DNA of 64,000 nucleotides from a plasmid: sequence record AP029160.1; one strand, 5' to 3'. Shown piece by piece: positions 61,779 to 64,000 of this stretch (position 1 is its first letter; each line of letters starts with the position of its first letter). The notes under the pieces were generated by a model. It saw only the letters and a program-made list of their open reading frames with translations, ran no database searches and was not told where the DNA came from. The position numbers and the translations under genes were made by a program.

Positions 61779-62480
61779 TTAAAGTTTTTCAATGAAAAAA
61801 ATCCGACTTGGTTGAATTGGACCTTCTATATGGATCTCACGCACAGGCAGGAAGGCTTCAGTTATAGCTGCTTTTATTTTATCGGAAATATAGCTATGGA
61901 ACATATTAGGATCTCTTTGAAAACGTTTTGTTCTAGAATAATTCTCATAGTTCAATTTGATATTTTCATCTGTTAATCTTTCTATAAAACCAGTTTGATC
62001 AAAAGCCATATTGTCTTCAAATGAAAGTGTTCTTAATCCTTCAGTATCGATCCTGTATAAAAAATATTGTTTTCCAGGTGATTGTGCTTTAGCACTCTCG
62101 TAAAATCTTTTTGCACTTTCTATGTCTGCTGCGGAAAAAACATTTTTATTCCCAAAAGTTGAAATTAAATGATTTTCAGAAATAGTGCCAGAGAATCCGA
62201 TTTGCGCTATTTCCTCAGGGCTACGAGTATCCACTCTATAGGCTTCTAATAAATTATAGTTATACCTAAATTCAAACTGTGGGATATATATTGAATTCAT
62301 TACTGAATTACTCAAATTTTCGATATTTAAAGCATTTTCCATATTTAGAATAGTAGCGGCATTTTGATTAAATTCAGAGTTAATATCTGATCTTATATCT
62401 TTAATAATATATTCATTTACAGCGAAAATTTTAGAGATAAAAAGCAAACTTAATAATACACTAATGGTTTTTAAATTCAT
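61779..62480 (-). CDS. secreted protein with pertussis/cholera-toxin-like ADP-ribosyltransferase N-terminal motif
   Basis: Signal peptide. YRVDTRSPEEIAQIGF closely parallels the PT-S1 YRYDSRPPEDVFQNGF catalytic-Arg motif. The downstream STS/ExE motifs are not clearly conserved. Confidence 0.35.
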   Translation of the reverse strand: MNLKTISVLLSLLFISKIFAVNEYIIKDIRSDINSEFNQNAATILNMENALNIENLSNSVMNSIYIPQFEFRYNYNLLEAYRVDTRSPEEIAQIGFSGTISENHLISTFGNKNVFSAADIESAKRFYESAKAQSPGKQYFLYRIDTEGLRTLSFEDNMAFDQTGFIERLTDENIKLNYENYSRTKRFQRDPNMFHSYISDKIKAAITEAFLPVREIHIEGPIQPSRIFFIEKL

Positions 62481-62725
62481 AAGAACTCCAATAAATATTA
62501 AATAAACTCTATAAGATTTAGGGAAAAGAAGAAAACTTAGCTATTTTGCAAAGATAAATATTCAAATTTTAAGAAAAACACAATTCATTTACTTTATTGA
62601 ATTATATTTTAATTGTCTTCATTTTTGTAACAAAGCCGGGAATTTAGCTCGAATTAGAGCTAAATCTGGACTGTAAATACAAGATTATATTTGATCAAGT
62701 CAAGAAGAAAAAAATAAAATATTAT

Positions 62726-62975
62726 GTGCATGGGAAAAATCGTTTGGAAGAGCAAGAACTCTCCGTTTTAGCACTTCATTTACTTCAATCTTCCTTAGTT
62801 TATATAAACACATTAATGATTCAAGACGTTTTATCTGAAAGCTATTGGTTTAGTTTAATGCAAAAGGATGATTTTAGAGCAATTACGTCTTTACTCCACA
62901 AGCATATTAACCCATATGGTAAATTCACTTTAGATATGAATTTAAGAATTCCATTAAAAGATGGTGCGCGAGGTG
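62726..62975 (+). pseudogene. Tn3-family TnpA extreme C-terminal fragment
   Basis: NRLEEQELSVLALHLLQSSLVYINTLMIQDVL...HINPYGKF is the conserved Tn3 TnpA tail. Confidence 0.6.
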
Positions 62976-64000
62976 AGTAGAGAATCCCCGTTACCAGTGA
63001 TTCCCCCTCCGCAGAACCCATCGTGCAGATTTCCCGCAATGGGCTCCCGATATAGAGCAGACCTCTCATTTCAGTGATGGGAGTAGTGATGTAGTTTTCC
63101 AAGAAGAGGGAAAACCAATTCGCTCAAGAAAGCTAATTAATTTCACCCAAGTCATTCCTTTTTGTGAACCTCGAAGTTTAAACCATTTGTATATAATCCG
63201 TTTACTGAAATAAATAAATCCACTCACCCTACGATGATTGTCAGTCACTGCATGGTAGTTGATCCATCCACGAATAACTGAGATTATTCGCCCGAAAACT
63301 GCTGTTATATCTTTTGTATTACTATTTTCTAAGAGATATTTTCTTAGCCCTTTGAGCTTAGCACTAAAACGATCTTTCCTACTAGTAAAATTAATTCGCC
63401 AATAGTTCTTCGTTGCAGCCTTAGCCCAGTAGCATGTAAATCCTAGAAAATTAAAAGATGGCAGTTTTCTTCCTTTGGTTCGTGCCCTTTGTGCAAGAAC
63501 ATTCCCGGCCGGAATTATTTGTGATTTATCCAGATGAATTCTCAATCCAAATTTGCTCAAACGTTTAGGTAACACCTCGAAAAATCTTTTCGCTTCCAGC
63601 ATACTCTGGAAAGTAAACACCATATCATCTGCATATCTCACCATTTCACATCGACCTTTTAAGTGTGTTTGTGATATTTCTTGAAACCATTTATCAATCA
63701 CATGATGAAGATAAATATTTGCGAGAATTGGTGACACAATTGAACCTTGTGGGCAGCCAATTGTGTTTTCATTAACATTGCCATCTTTCATTATTGGCGC
63801 CCTTGCAAGTGTCATAATCAATTTAATGAATTTATTATCCGAAATTTTCATACGTAGAAAAGTTTCAAGATTTTCGTGAGGAATTTCGTTGAAATATTTA
63901 CGTATATCCAATTCAACAATAGCTCCATGTTGATTGTAGAAAGTTTGCCTCGCCAATTCTTTAAGTGCCATGTGGCAATTTCGGTTTTCTCGAAAACCGA
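62976..64000 (-). mobile_element. group II intron, 3' portion (domains V/VI plus the IEP C-terminal region); continues beyond the window
   Basis: Domain V GAGCCCATTGCGGGAAATCTGCACGATGGGTTC on the minus strand at ~63010-63046. RT/maturase ORF with YADD. Confidence 0.8.
63066..64000 (-). CDS. group II intron reverse transcriptase/maturase (partial, N-terminus outside the window)
   Basis: GCPQGSIVSPILANIYL and YADDMVF RT motifs. C-terminal maturase (X) region. Confidence 0.8.
   Translation of the reverse strand, partial: GFRENRNCHMALKELARQTFYNQHGAIVELDIRKYFNEIPHENLETFLRMKISDNKFIKLIMTLARAPIMKDGNVNENTIGCPQGSIVSPILANIYLHHVIDKWFQEISQTHLKGRCEMVRYADDMVFTFQSMLEAKRFFEVLPKRLSKFGLRIHLDKSQIIPAGNVLAQRARTKGRKLPSFNFLGFTCYWAKAATKNYWRINFTSRKDRFSAKLKGLRKYLLENSNTKDITAVFGRIISVIRGWINYHAVTDNHRRVSGFIYFSKRIIYKWFKLRGSQKGMTWVKLISFLERIGFPSSWKTTSLLPSLK

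Noticed and set aside
62842-63102. ORF 62842..63102 (minus, 86 aa).
   Set aside because: Covers group II intron domains V/VI (structured RNA), not coding.
1-64000. Looked for tRNA/rRNA genes as possible integration sites for the integrase islet and IS605.
   Set aside because: No tRNA-like T-arm/acceptor signatures (GGTTCGAATCC-type) or rRNA-like segments were recognised by eye. Cannot exclude without tRNAscan.

Overview
AT-rich (~30% GC) bacterial chromosomal window, heavily colonised by mobile DNA, with a complete type II-C CRISPR-Cas locus at its 5' end. The CRISPR-Cas locus is cas9 (1087 aa), cas1 and cas2 on the minus strand, followed by a 31-repeat array (36-nt repeat, ~30-nt spacers). 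A tracrRNA is predicted to lie divergent from cas9. Each repeat carries a -35/extended -10 promoter pointing antisense to the cas operon, which suggests Neisseria-like, processing-independent crRNA transcription that ends at a hairpin terminator next to cas2. The rest of the window is dominated by mobile elements and small defence or toxin-antitoxin modules:
- an integrase-associated islet carrying DarT/DarG;
- two TniA/TniB (Tn5053-like) elements, one intact with perfect 55-bp TIRs and an HTH-PIN TA cargo;
- a decayed Tn3-family transposon (frameshifted tnpA, res site, tnpR);
- an IS605 (TnpA + TnpB);
- an IS21 remnant and an IS5 remnant;
- a partial group II intron inserted in a Tn3 tnpA remnant;
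- at least ten copies or fragments of an 820-bp IS6-family (IS26-like) element with GGTTCTGTTGCAAA inverted repeats.
The IS6 copies have visibly rearranged the region. A GNAT acetyltransferase gene is split into halves ~27 kb apart in opposite orientation, with a matching 8-bp target duplication (ACTCTGCA); this is diagnostic of an IS-mediated inversion. A 2.67-kb IS-lipoprotein-IS unit is present twice, identically. Other content:
- two divergent higBA-like pairs;
- a Phd/YefM-like orphan next to the CRISPR array;
- four family-3 solute-binding proteins, one co-operonic with an MCP;
- a GAF-histidine kinase;
- a secreted Gly/Tyr-repeat protein;
- a secreted protein with a pertussis/cholera-toxin-like ADP-ribosyltransferase N-terminal motif;
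- an eptA-like pseudogene.
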